A stretch of DNA of 64,000 bases from Octopus vulgaris (lineage: Eukaryota): the NCBI GenBank assembly GCA_951406725.2, contig OX597819.1:74648001-74712000 (forward strand), in the 5' to 3' direction. Made by a program: the position numbers and the translations under genes. This document shows positions 26,935-39,049 of the stretch, in pieces (position 1 is the stretch's first letter; every line of letters starts with the position of its first letter). The notes beneath the pieces are model-generated. The model saw only the letters and a list, made by a program, of their open reading frames with translations. It was not told where the DNA came from and ran no database searches.

Positions 26935-27345
26935 GACCAGATTTAAAAGGGATGAAGACAGACACTTTCCTCATTGGTCAAGCCCCTCCACCACCATTAA
27001 TCTTTTCAAGTTTCACTTGAAAAGGAAAGTGAGGGTGGAGAAACAAAGTACTGACTCCCAGCAAATTTGCTGAAAGGTGGGTGAATATACCAAGGATGGT
27101 CCGTGTGAACGAGCCTAAAGATTGAAGGAGGGCAACATGTACAAAAGGGCACTTGCTTTCGTGGTCAAGGTGACCTTGTTTATTTTGTCAGTTAATCCCA
27201 CGAATGGACCCCGGAAGTCTCTCTTTTTTTAGGGAAACTATTCGTTGATTGGAATTTATTTTCTTCATTCCACACTCTCTCAGGTAATCCCATGAACCAC
27301 CCTGTTTACTTTTTGTGAACCTTTAATGATTGGTAAAGAAAATAT
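26935..27345 (+). mobile_element. Probable L1/Tx1-clade LINE 3' end nested in a Meta-type SINE
   Basis: Frameshifted peptide LKGMKTDTFLIGQA / INLFKFHLKRKVRVEKQ / VLTPSKFAERWVNIPRMVRVNE then T-rich 3'UTR ending GGTAAAGAAAATA; SINE core at 26830-26930 and SINE tail at 27360-27395 flank it. Confidence 0.5.
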
Positions 27346-27419
27346 TATTATTATTATTACCCCAAATTTCAAGCCTTATGCCTTTAATAGAAATTATTAT
27401 TATTACTATTATTATTATT

Positions 27420-27568
27420 GAGTGAGTGAGCCGTGCATGCCATCAACGTGACACTGGGGTAAAATATACGAAGCCCAGTATACCTATCATGACTACCCGT
27501 CTGATAAGGGTACACCAGACACATGCATCACAACTATATGAGCGCAACATGGTGATCTCATATCAAGA
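27420..27568 (-). mobile_element. ~556-bp (TAA)n-associated repeat, terminal fragment
   Basis: Matches 36370-36518; (ATT)n on both sides; a shorter fragment lies at 29003-29063. Confidence 0.85.
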
Positions 27569-27579
27569 TGATATTATTA

Positions 27580-27616
<37 letters not shown>

Positions 27617-27620
27617 GAAG

Positions 27621-27835
27621 AAGGCGGCGAGCTGGCAGAATGGTTAGCACGCTGGACAAAATGCTTGGCGGTGTTTCGCCCATCTTTACGTTCTGAGTTC
27701 AAATCCTGCCGTGGTCAACTTTGCCTTTCATCCTTTCAGGGGCGATAAAATAAGTACCAGTTGATAACTGGGGTGGATGTAATCGACTTACCCCGCCCCC
27801 GAAATTGCTGGCCTTGTGCCAAAATTTGAAACCCT
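27621..27835 (+). mobile_element. Meta-type tRNA-SINE, full length, GCTGGCCTTGTGCC tail
   Basis: Head AAGGCGGCGAGCTGGCAGAATGG, B box GAGTTCAAATCC, core GGTCAACTTTGCCTTTCATCCTTTCAGGGGCGATAAAATAAGTACCAG (resembles published MetaSINE domain from recall); flanked by (ATT)n. Confidence 0.88.
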
Positions 27836-27908
27836 TATTATTATACACCAAAATCGTTGACAAAATGCGAGCTATTGCATAAATAATTACTAAGCTCTGT
27901 GAGAAGGA

Positions 27909-27951
<43 letters not shown>

Positions 27952-29398
27952 GCGAGAGAGAGAGAGAAATGCGAGGGAGAGAGAGAGAAATGCGAGAGAG
28001 AGAGAGAGAGAGACTGAAGGAAAAGACTGCAGTCTTTAAAAAAATAAAGTACACCTGCTTAAATGCAATCAAAGCAGCTCAGCAGAACATATCGATAAGA
28101 TGTTTATAAATATTTCCATCCTGAAGCTATTCGATATAGCACCGCAGTTGAGTGTAACTGTCTCACCGGTTATTGACCTATATATGTATATATATCAATA
28201 TATATCTATATATTTACGAGTCTGTTTTATATAACAGTCTCGCCCAATAGTTAAAATATCTCTATTAGAAGACAAACGTGAGTAGACAGAAGAAACGACA
28301 CTGCGTAGAAAGACCAAGCTTAAAAGCAATTCGCTTTTCTCAAGGATATATAATTACAGAGAGTAATTTGTGGGCAAAGAAAACCAGTTATGGTCGAATA
28401 GCAATATTAGTCGAGTTTTTTCAGAGGCTGACAGAGTAGCACAACGGATAATGACATAGAGGTCGTTTTCTTTATTTTTCTCGTTTAATTTGGAATTGTG
28501 GAAGTTTTGTATAGCTTAGAGTCTCCTGAAGGACAGATATAATGATTGTTAAGTGTTTCGTTTTATGGCTATTATGTACTATAAGCCATATTTATAAGGT
28601 TTATTATTCAAAACTGGTTGTTTAGCACCACCAAGGTAACGAGGGAAGCATTATAAGATCGCCGCTATAAATAGCTGCCAAATCTTCTTCAAATTCGTAC
28701 ACTGTCTTGTTATATAAAGACAAGAGCACATTAAAGGCATGATGGTTATGAATGGGTCGATCGAATGCCTTTAGATCAATTCAATGCAGGTTGCTGTGAA
28801 GCTAGCAACCACATCTAGTGTATGGGTGTATTTAACGCGAGTTCACTCCCAGCCCACGTTTTGCCCGTAACCATTGACCTGTAAGTGTTCAAGCTGGGCA
28901 TCAGCCGCATTAATCTCACCAGTCTGGGAGAGTTTTCAAATATAAAAGGCACTTCCAATACCCTTCTACCTGGATGAACTTAACTTACAATTGTTATTAT
29001 TAAGAGAGCAGCGCATGCCATCAAAGTGACACTGGGGTAAAATATACGAAGCTGAGTATACCAATTATTATTATTACTACTATAGATTTCATTGATGTAC
29101 TTTATGTTAATGCATTTTTAAACAAAATTTTTAAAAAAACACTAATAAATCAATTATTTTATGAATAAAATATTTTTTTCTTCTTTAAAAAATTGGCAGG
29201 GATAATTAGTCTTGTGTAATTAAGTAATTTTTAAAAAATCAACGAAGAAATGCAGCTAACAAATATTTTTGATTTGCGGTTATTGACTTCCAATGAAATG
29301 ATTGATCTCAGATATTTCTAAGATTAAAATTAGAAAAATAAATAAGCTAAATGTCAAACACGCTGGAATGTCTAACCAAAAAGACTTTCTGCTATATA

Positions 29399-30028
29399 CA
29401 GGTTTGGCCAAAAGTCACCCGACAGTAAATCAAAATTCCATAAATACTTAATATTCAATTTTATTTATTCATTCTAATTATGAATGTTTAATAATTGAAT
29501 GCTCTGGAAGCGCAATGGCCCAGTGGTTAGGGCAGCGAACTCGCGATAGGAGAATCGCGGTTTCAATTCCCAGACCGGGCGTTGTGAGTGTTTGAGCGAA
29601 AACACCTAAGGCTCCACAAGGCTCAGGCAGGGGGTGGTGGTGAGCCCTGCTGTACTCTTCTACCACAACTTTCTCTCACACTTTCTTCCTGTTTCTGTTC
29701 TACCTGTATTTCAAAGGGCCGGCCTTGCCACGCTCTGTGTCATGCTGAATCACCCCGAGTACTACGCTAAGAGTACACGTGTCTGTGGAGTGCTCAGCCA
29801 CTTGTACGTTAATTTCACGAGCAGGCTGTCCTGTTGATCGGATCAACTGGAACCGTCGTCGTCGCAACTGACGGAATGCCACAAATTAAACGCTGTAAGT
29901 TAAAAATCACTTTTTGGGGGCGGGGGATTTCAACATTTGTCTATTAGCGAAGTCTCATATAAAATAATTTTTTGCTTTAATCTTGGAATGGTGTTGATTT
30001 ACTGTCAGGTGACTTTTGGCTAAACCTG
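29399..30028. mobile_element. Tc1/mariner-type MITE containing a nested SINE
   Basis: TIR CAGGTTTGGCCAAAAGTCACCCGACAGTAAATCAA / TTGATTTACTGTCAGGTGACTTTTGGCTAAACCTG, TA on both sides. Confidence 0.9.
29506..29881 (+). mobile_element. OR2-like tRNA SINE, full length
   Basis: A box TGGCCCAGTGG, B box GGTTTCAATTCCC, tail ..GGAACCGTCGTCGTCGCAACTGACGGAATGCCA. Confidence 0.9.
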
Positions 30029-30540
30029 TATTACAGTCATACCAACTCTGAATAACTAAACCAAAATTTTCTGTCAAAGGGTTAATTCCTAACCATTTTA
30101 GGCACCTTCTGTCTTTTATCAACAATGTAAGTTGGCAAACAGGATATTAGAATATTGTCAATAACTACAATGAAATAGCAATATTTTAATGGCTGTTCTT
30201 TTTTTTAAGCCTGACAGCATTTTAAAATTTGTAAAAAATATTTAAAAATCGATAGTAAATTTCTTTTTTCCATGCGAAATTACCATTGTATTAATTTTTT
30301 CATAATTTTTTGTTTTAGAAATAGAGGGTGGGGCATTAAAGAAGGAGCGAGCGTAAAGAGAAACGTAAGACAATCCAAGTTTAATGTTTGTTTAGTTGCG
30401 ATTGAATAAGTTGGAGGATTTGTTAAGAGCTTATCGTCTCAGAGAAAAACAAACGAAACAAATTTATCCAAAATGGCGACAAGGCATTTACTGAGAGGAG
30501 GAGCAAAACAAAACACGGAATAGAATAATAATGTACTTAC

Positions 30541-30585
30541 TTTGATCTTGTGTGGATGCATCAGGACTTTTTTTCCGATTGAAAT
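30541..30585 (-). other. Candidate 45-nt internal exon of an unidentified host gene
   Basis: Minus strand: long polypyrimidine tract TTTTTTTCCTTTTCATTTTAG | 45 nt | GTAAGT; open in phase 0 (ISIGKKVLMHPHKIK) and phase 1 (FNRKKSPDASTQDQ); lies in unique sequence. Confidence 0.6.
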
Positions 30586-30801
30586 CTAAAATGAAAAGGA
30601 AAAAAAAAACAGGAAGAAATTAAAACTAAATCACATCAAATCCAACGGAATACATCAAACTAAAGCTAATTACGGTAAGACAACATCAAACAAAGGATCG
30701 TATTACAACCTGCAGCAAATCCTGTTCTCTTGTTTATATAACAACATCCTGGTGGACACAGGAAATTGGGCAAAACTTATATATATGTATATTCATTCTT
30801 A

Positions 30802-30901
30802 AACAAGAATATTACTGACAGTGACTTCGAAATTTCGGCCAGTTACACCATCGTCAGACGATGGCCGATATTTCGAAGTCACTGTCAATAATATTCTTGT
30901 T
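30802..30901. repeat. Palindrome built from hammerhead-ribozyme-like sequence
   Basis: 40-bp arms 30802-30841 / 30862-30901 with 2 mismatches; minus strand reads CTGACGA-TGGTGTAACTGGCC-GAAA-TTTCGAAG-TC. Confidence 0.85.
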
Positions 30902-31071
30902 ATTGTTTTTACTATAACTGAACATAAACTCACACACACATATATAATAATTGTGCGAGCATGCCTGTGTGTGTGCGTGTGTGTGCGCGCGCGATTATGT
31001 AGTAGCGAACAGACAACCTACCGACCGTTCTACCTTATCTTCCCATCTAATATATCTTAAGTCTAAATAAC

Positions 31072-31341
31072 AAATTTGAACTCAGAACGTAGCGGCAGAC
31101 GAAATACCCATTTCTTTACTACCCACAAGGGGCTAAACACAGAGGGGACAAACAAGGACAGACAAACGGATTAGGTCGATTATATCGACCACAGTACGTA
31201 ACTGGTAGTTAATTTATCGACCCCGAAAGGATGAAAGGCAAAGTCGACCTCGGCGGAATTTGAACTCAGAACGTAGCGACAGACGAAATACGGCTAAGCA
31301 TTTCGGCCAGCGTGCTAACGTTTCTGCCAGCTCGCCGCCTT
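31072..31341 (-). mobile_element. Meta-type SINE with GTAAAGAAATA tail, joined at GGTATT to a fragment of another copy
   Basis: AATACC at 31103-31108 directly abuts tail CATTTCTTTACTACCCACAAGGGGC. Confidence 0.88.
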
Positions 31342-32254
31342 AAGATTAAAAAAATATTTCTTTATGGATAGTGCAGAAATGCGCAAGAATAAGAGGGGGT
31401 CCCTCGGGACCTCAATGGCCTTTTGTGTAAGTCCAACCCCTTAATATTATCATCCAAGTCTTATAAATCACTAAGTACGATTTCGTTTCTCGGATGTAAA
31501 GTATTGACAACTGAAAATTTTTATCTTCTACAAATAATTTTTATTACTCCTTAGCTCATAATTGAGCACAAAAAAAGACAGTTGTACTATATTCGGAGTA
31601 CTGTCTCCATTATATATGTGTGTGTTTGTCTCCCACCCCGCCCAACATCGTTTGACAACCGATGTTGGTGTGTTTATATCCCCGTAACTTAGCGGTTCGG
31701 CAAAAGAGACCGATAGAATAAGTACTAAGCTTACAAAGAATAAGTCCTGGGGTCAATTTGTTCGACTAAAATCCCTTAAGGTGGTGCTCCAGTATGACCG
31801 CAGTCAAATGACTGGAATAAAAGAATAATCTATATTGAGTGGTTTTTCTCGTCTTTATAAACCACAAACACACACACGTGTGTGTTTGTGTGGAAGGCTT
31901 AAGTAATTGAGTAAGAGTCAAGTGGAACGTTGAAAGCAAACACAAACAACGTAAGGGAAAAGGAGAAAAGAAAGGAAGGAGGTAAAAAGGGGAGAAAGTA
32001 GGGACATGAGCGAGAGAGAGAGAGAGTGAGAGAGAGAAACATTAAAAACAGAAAAGAGAGGGAGAGGGAGGAGGTTTGAGCGAAGAAGAAAGTAAAGGGG
32101 AGAATGAAGACGGAAAGGAGTCGGAGAGACGGATTAAGATGAAAAACTTGATAACGATCCAAAAGGAGAGGTTAATGAAAAAGGCGGTGATGGCGGGTGT
32201 TGAAAAGACGAAGAAGACAACCGAATAGAGCTGATTAAAAACCTACAGATTTAT

Positions 32255-32560
32255 GTAAGTTTGCTTGCCAACCACATGGTTCTGAATTCAGTTCCACTGC
32301 GTGGTACCTTGAGTAAGCGTCTTCTGCTACAGCCTCGGGCCAACCAAAGCCTTGTGAGTGGACTTGGAAGACAGAAACTGAAAGAAGCCCGTCGTATGTG
32401 TGTGTGTGTGTGTGTCACCGTTTGACAACTGATGTTGCTGTGTTTACATCCCCTTAATCTAGTGGTTCGGCAAAAAGGGCCTATAGAATAAATACTAGGC
32501 TTTAAAAGAAAAAAATGTACTCGAGGCGATTCGTTCTACAAGGTGGTGCTCCAATATGGT
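32255..32560 (+). mobile_element. OK-like SINE
   Basis: Matches 9997-10395; a further 3' half lies at 31615-31825. Confidence 0.82.
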
Positions 32561-33544
32561 CTTTAGTGGGTCAGAAAAAATTATCACTAATATTTTATTC
32601 AGGCTCTTTACGTTCTGAGTTCAAATCCCGCCATGGTTAGCTTTGCTTTTCATCCATTCGGAATTGATAAAATAAGGTACCAGCTATGTTTGGGGTCGAT
32701 GCAATCGACTTGTTCTTTCCCTCAAAATTGCTTGCCTACAACGGACCGGCATCCCGTTCAGAGGACGCCATGCAAACCGGGCAGACGGCCTGATATGTCC
32801 TAGAGCTCGCGAAAAAAACTAGCTGTCAATCAAAATTTATATACAAATTGTTCTATCCAGTTTACTGAAGCCTTTACATGATAGTGGATGTTTAAGGAGT
32901 AAATCAAGGGAACTGCCAACTCGTGAAAATTAACATAGAAGTGGCTGAGTACTCCAGACACGCGAACCTTCAACGTAGTTTTCGGAGAGATTCAACGTGA
33001 CACGTAATGTGTCACGTCGAATCTCCTTCAGATTCTGTGTATGACATAATGATACGGCTGGCTCTTTGAAATGCAGGTACAACTCATTTTTGCCAGGTGC
33101 ATGGACTGAGCAACTTGAAAGAGGATAGTCAGCCCCTAACATAATCCCAGCACAAGACCGATTGGCCCCTCATTTCCTCTCCATAAAGATATTGTATATA
33201 TACAGATATGATGTTTATGTAACGATGACTACAAATTTGAAGCTACAAACCGTAGTAGAGCCTAGAAACAAAACACGCTGCATTTATCATTTGAAGGAAA
33301 CACGAGGTTATTGAAAAAAGACGACGACAAATGGCGGCCGACAAATTGCTATGAAGAAAACTCATAGCAATATTTAATGCAAGTTTTGTACGTCCATTCT
33401 TTGTGATAAAAAATAAATGTCACAAATTCTTTCCCGATTTGTCCATCAGTTGACAGAAAAGAATAATTATAATTAATGATTAATTCATATCAAACAAAAA
33501 TACTAACATCTGTTGCTAGGCTATTAATATTAATATTTCGCCTA

Positions 33545-33755
33545 AGACGACGAGCTGGCAAAACCGTTAGCATACCGGACAAAATATTTAGCGACATTCG
33601 TCTGATGTTACGTTCTGAGTTCAAATTCCGCGGAAGTCGACTTTGCTTTGCATTATTTCGGGGCCGATAAATTAAGTACCAGTTGAACACTGGGGTCAAT
33701 CTAATCGACTCACTGCCTCCCCTGAACATGCTGTGCCAAAAATTTGAAATCATTA
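33545..33755 (+). mobile_element. Meta-type SINE
   Basis: Colinear with 27621-27835; a truncated copy also at 32600-32735. Confidence 0.82.
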
Positions 33756-34449
33756 ATATTTTTCCCGTGGCCGAAACAGATAATCTAGATTTGGGATTTA
33801 AGGACAAAAACTAGCGTTAATTGCAAGAGAAATTGTCGTCCACTGAATCAACCTTATATTATCTTACTGGTATTTGTAGAGAAGGATGGCATAAATTAAA
33901 TCCGTATTATGTTACTGGCGTTTTAGTGATTTCTTGGAAAGATAAACACTGAACTTTGATCGAACGCAAAATTACCAAGAGTCGTGTGTGTGTGTGAGAG
34001 AGATATGATGAAGGATGGCGCGTGCCCTAGTTGCTATAGCGCTGAGCTCACGATGATAATGTCGTGGGTTCGATTCCTGGGCGGCCATGTAAAGAAATTG
34101 TATTCTTGAGCAAGGTATCTCATTTCACATTGCTCCTGTCAGCTCAACTGAAAGAACAGAAAATCCTGCTGGTGCAGCTCTCTTCTCTAAAGCCGTCTAC
34201 ATCTATTTACGACTCCACAGGTACTTAAAACAATTAACGAAAATATGGTATGTGTCACCAGGTCATACCCGCTTGCAAGTGACGGCCACGTTTTCTTTTT
34301 TCTTTTCCTCAGTGCATATTTCCGGAAACGTTAAGAAATCTGGTGCTTCAACGAAAACAACTGCTGGCTACAGTTTGTTTTCAGATAAATTAAATTAACA
34401 TTTTATATATATTTATTCTTCTTCAAATAATTTGTCCTTTAATCCTTTT

Positions 34450-34623
34450 TTTTATCTTGTACTTATTTCAGTCATTAGACTACGGCCATGATAGAGCACC
34501 GCACTGAAGAATTTCTTAATCGAACGAATCGATCTCAGCGCGTTTTTTTTTAAGCTTAGCACTTATTCTACCGGTTCTTTTGCCAAACCGTTAAGTTATG
34601 GCTGTCAAGCGGCGGTGGAGACA

Positions 34624-34658
<35 letters not shown>

Positions 34659-34810
34659 CGGGCTTCCTTCAGTTTCCGTCAACCAAATCCACTCACAAGG
34701 CTTTGGTCAACCTGAGGCTGTAATAGAAGACACTGGACCAAGGTGCAATGGTACTGAACCCGGAACTAGGAGGTTGGGAAACAAGCTTCTTACTACACAT
34801 CCATGCCGTA
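34450..34810 (-). mobile_element. OK-like SINE
   Basis: Head, (CA)n centre and tail on minus strand. Confidence 0.82.
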
Positions 34811-35429
34811 TATAAGTGCCAACGGACAAAGCTCTCAGCCCTTAAGTCACTCCCTTGCTTCAGCAAAATATTAATAAAAAGATATACTTGTATTCACGTT
34901 TTGATTTCTTTTTTTTCCTCTTTACATCACCATACCCCCCCTCTCTCTCTCTCTCTCTCTCTCGAACAGAACGAAAAATAAAAAACAAAAAAAAAATATC
35001 GGTAGAAATTATAGTATTTTGTTTTGAAAGTTCGAAATTATAATAATTTATGAAGCAGTTCGGTCGGCCAGCAAGCCAGCCAGCAAATGAAACAACCAGG
35101 CGAGGAGAGAGAACCGAGGAAGTGGGGCGAGGCAAGAGATGGAGGAGGAGGAAGAGAAGGAGCAGTGATGTGGTAGCAGATGTACAGCTAACAACGAAGA
35201 CGTTAAAAAGAAGCTCAATGTGTCGACACACTTGAAATGACATGCCACACATGACTACACCTACTTAGGGCTTTTAAGGGTTGTTATTAAAACGGAATTC
35301 CATTATTATCATCATCCTCATCATTATCATCGTCGTTTTTGTTTAAGCGTGTTTGAAAAAGAGGGAAGTTGAGCGAGTAACGACTTATGCTTGTGATAAT
35401 ACAACGAAAAATTAATAATAATAATAATA

Positions 35430-35832
35430 ATCCTTTCTACTATAGGTACAATGCTTGAAATTTGGAGAGGGGGGACTAGTCGATTACATCGATCCCAGTG
35501 CGTAACTGGTACTTAATTTATCGACCCCGAAAGGATGAAAGGCAAAGTCGACCTCGGCGGAATTTGAACTCAGAGCGTAGCGGCAGACGAAATACCTATT
35601 TCTTTACTACCCACAACAAGGGGCTAAATACAGAGGGGACGAACAAGGACAGACAAACGGATTAAGTCGGTTATAACGACCCCGGTGCGTAACTGGTACT
35701 TATTTTATCGACCACGAAAGGATGAAAGGCAAAGTCAACCTCGGCGGAATTTGAACTCAAAACGTAGAGGCAGACGAAATACCGGTAAGCATTTCGCCCG
35801 GCGTGCTAACGTTTCTGCCAGCTCGCCGCCTT
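35430..35832 (-). mobile_element. Composite Meta-type SINE: GTAAAGAAATA-tail copy inserted at GGTATT of a GTAGAAAGG-(ATT)n-tail copy
   Basis: Core duplicated (35480-35590, 35665-35780); junction AATACC|TATTTCTTTACTACC at 35591-35597. Confidence 0.9.
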
Positions 35833-35962
35833 ATGGTTCATGAAGCATGACCAGTAAACAAGTGTCACCTTAGTCTGCAGCTGTGGACAGCTGACACTTT
35901 CCACCATACCCATTAATATAAGCTGTGAGTTTTCATAATAATAATAATAATAATAATAATAA

Positions 35963-36518
35963 GTGCTCTGATGCAGTACCAGACAGTGGCTCTCATGGCT
36001 TCTGATCTTAACTGATCGGAAGTGTTATCATGTACATTGTTTTGTCTTGGTAGAAAAGATGGGCTACCGCAAATATTCTGCTCAATACCACAGATTTACT
36101 TGTCAGTTGTTTGATCTTAACCATTTGAGCATGTCCCTTAGTGGCTGACGATATGTGCACCTCTGATCACGAACAGAAGTAGTGGGGGAGCTTCATAGCC
36201 ATGTGTTTAGAGAGATTTTTGGGGGTTTGAATAATTCACCTCTGGTAACATGGGGGTTTCGTTCAACATCCTTAAACAACCCTTATTCAGGGACCTTTTG
36301 AACGGGATGGGTTACTCGACCAGAAGAAAATTTCAACTGGGCCCCACCTGCAAGGTCATGTACTGTTTATCTTGATATGAGATCACCATGTCACGTACAT
36401 ATGGTTGTGATGCATATGCCTAGTATACCCTTATCAGACGGGTAGTTATGATGGGTATACTGGGCTTCGTATATTTTACCCCAGTGTCATTTTGATGGCA
36501 TGTACTGCTCTCTCACTC
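35963..36518 (+). mobile_element. Apparently full-length ~556-bp non-coding repeat embedded in (TAA)n (strand arbitrary)
   Basis: (TAA)n on both sides; six copies/fragments in the window; no tRNA head, TIRs or long ORF seen. Confidence 0.88.
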
Positions 36519-37237
36519 AATAATAATAATAATGTTTTAAGCCTATCAAAGAAATGACTAATGTCTTCGAACGACTGTTTTCATAACAATGTCGCTTATG
36601 TAGAGAATGGTGTATTTAGAAAGAGACACAGAGAAACAGACATACGGTGGTGGCGGGGGGCATATATCCCAGCATGCCTGCATATATACGCAGGGATCAA
36701 AGTTCTTTCGTCGCACATACTGTGACCTCTTCTTTCGATTTTCTGTCCCACGTGTCTCCTCTTCTCCTGCTTATTCCATTATGTATAATTTTTTTTTTCT
36801 TTTTAAGGTGGTCATTTGAAACCTCTGTATGCGAATTATTATAAAGAGTAATTTTAAAATATAGTTTTGCCACCAAGGGTAATATCAGGAAACATGACAT
36901 ACATACATACAACAAATATAATTTCATTTTTACCAAATTTCTTGGTGCTGGTACTAAGTGATGAAATGAAAACTAATTTTCAAAAGAATTATATTTATTG
37001 CCTTTAAATAAATTTCAAGAAAATAAATGTCTACTCCGTCGTTTATTCCCTCTCTGTTTTCTTTATCTCTATGGTTCTTTCTATCCCACTGTGTAAGTAG
37101 TTTTTCTTTACTCATTGCTCGCCATCAAGCCTAGTATGTGCACTCATTCTGAACCTCTTTTACACTACCTCCTCCTCCTCCTCTCTATGGAATGTAAAAC
37201 GCGACTTTACAAACCAACCAACCAACCAACATTTATA

Positions 37238-37402
37238 CTGGCTGTATGGTAAGAAGTTTGCTAGCCAACTACACGATTCCGGGTTCAGTCCCATTGCGTG
37301 ACACCTTGGGTAACTGTCTTCTATTATAACCTCGGGTCGACCAAAGCATTGTGAGTGGATTTGGTAGACGGAAACTGAAAGAAGCCCGTCGTATATCTAT
37401 AT

Positions 37403-37466
<64 letters not shown>

Positions 37467-37675
37467 ACCACCGCTTGGCAACCGGTGTTGGTGTGTTTAC
37501 ATCCCATAACTAGCGGTTCAGCAAAAGGCCGGTAGAATAAGTACCAGATTTTAAAAATGTACTGGGGATTAATCCATTCGTTCGACAAAAAAGAAAAAAA
37601 TTCTTCTAGGTAGTGCCCCAGCGTGGTCGCAATCTAATGACCGAAACAAGTGAAAGAAAAAACAAAAAGAATAAA
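37238..37675 (+). mobile_element. OK-like SINE, full length
   Basis: Head, core, long (TG)n, tail. Confidence 0.88.
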
Positions 37676-38549
37676 AGAACACACATCAATTATTTGCGTG
37701 TTAATACTGGTTTGTTTTCGACTGTTGCAGAATACATCCGTAGATTTCTTTTGGCCAATTCCATGCAACGGACACGGCTAAAGCCTCGCGTTTCCGCGTA
37801 AAATGACGAAAGGCTTTAACTGCCCCGAAAAATAACTAATGTTCATTTGTGAAAAACTAAATGACCCAATCAACAAATAAATGCCTTTATATCAATGGCA
37901 TATCCGCCCCCTCTCCGCACACACACACACATACGCGCGCGCGGATACATTTCAGCTTTCGTTGGGGGTTTTGTAGCCGTAATTATTGTTATTGTTTTCC
38001 AGCCGACAATGAGAGAGATGAGACTTCATACTGTAGCCACGTTAATAAGTCTGTATATAGCATTGTATGAAAGTAGTCATAAGTAAGATGGGAGAGTTGT
38101 CTTGGCGGCCATCTCCTGTATAAAAGGCCATTGAACGTCATTACTTGTTGAAGAGAGGGAGAGGGGGGAGGAGAGTAGATAGGATTTATAGCGGTGGGGG
38201 TGCAGGAAGAGGAAAAATGAAAGAGTGCGAGAGGGAAGTAACGAGACAGTGGGAGAGATGGAGCGACAGAAAACTGAACGCTTAAGTGCGCGCGCGCGCG
38301 CTTCTGTGTGAAAGAGAAAGTGTGTGTGTGAGAGAGAGAGAGAGAGAGCTATCTAAGCTGTGAGTTCGTTCTATTTTAGGTAATAATGATTAATTCAAAG
38401 AAGGCAACTTATAAAACCTTCGTCACGCTGGTTTGCTAAGAAAGACTGAAATTTCTATGAAACATTCTCCGTTTTCTTCTTCCCATTCAATATAATCATT
38501 ATTTCTACTACTTGACTTTCCGACCATACTTCAATGAAAACAAAATAAT

Positions 38550-38725
38550 AATCCTTTCTATTATAGGCCATAAAGTTTGGAGGAGGAGCACAGTCGATTA
38601 CATCGACCCCAGTACTCAACTGGTATTTATTTCATCGACCCTGAAAGGGTGAAAGGCAAAGTCGACCTCGGCGGAATTTGAACTCGGAACGTAAAGACAA
38701 ACGAAATGCCATTAAGAATTTCAGT
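38550..38725 (-). mobile_element. Meta-type SINE, GAAAGG-(ATT)n tail, 5'-truncated
   Basis: GAAAGGCAAAGTCGACCTCGGCGGAATTTGAACTC core on plus strand. Confidence 0.82.
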
Positions 38726-39049
38726 TTAAATAACAACAACAAATAAGTGAAGATGGCGATACAAACCACTTTCCTTTCTATAGTAGATTCCTTGTTGTTC
38801 TAATACCTTGATGTAATGTAACAAACGCCATTGTTGGCACCAACGATGTCGATCTTTGCCTTATGAAGTCCCCTTGGTGAAATCTGTTGATCCCCGTGAC
38901 AAAAACAAAGTCTGTACCGCGGTATCAAACGTGGTTGCTTAGTAAAAGTCGTACCTTAATAAATATGATTAAAACCATTCCAGCCATGATCATCCTGTCT
39001 TTTTTATTCCAGACTGCATTATCAAATACCTCCATATTTTTTTTTCTTT

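Noticed and set aside
29506-29580. SINE heads as functional tRNA genes
   Set aside because: A/B boxes present but cloverleaf broken and fused to repeat bodies; SINE-derived.
38100-38130. GGCGGCCATC plus TATAAAAG promoter-like pair; YY1-like motifs also at ~30471 and ~62312
   Set aside because: Short motifs expected by chance in 64 kb; no linked transcript evidence.
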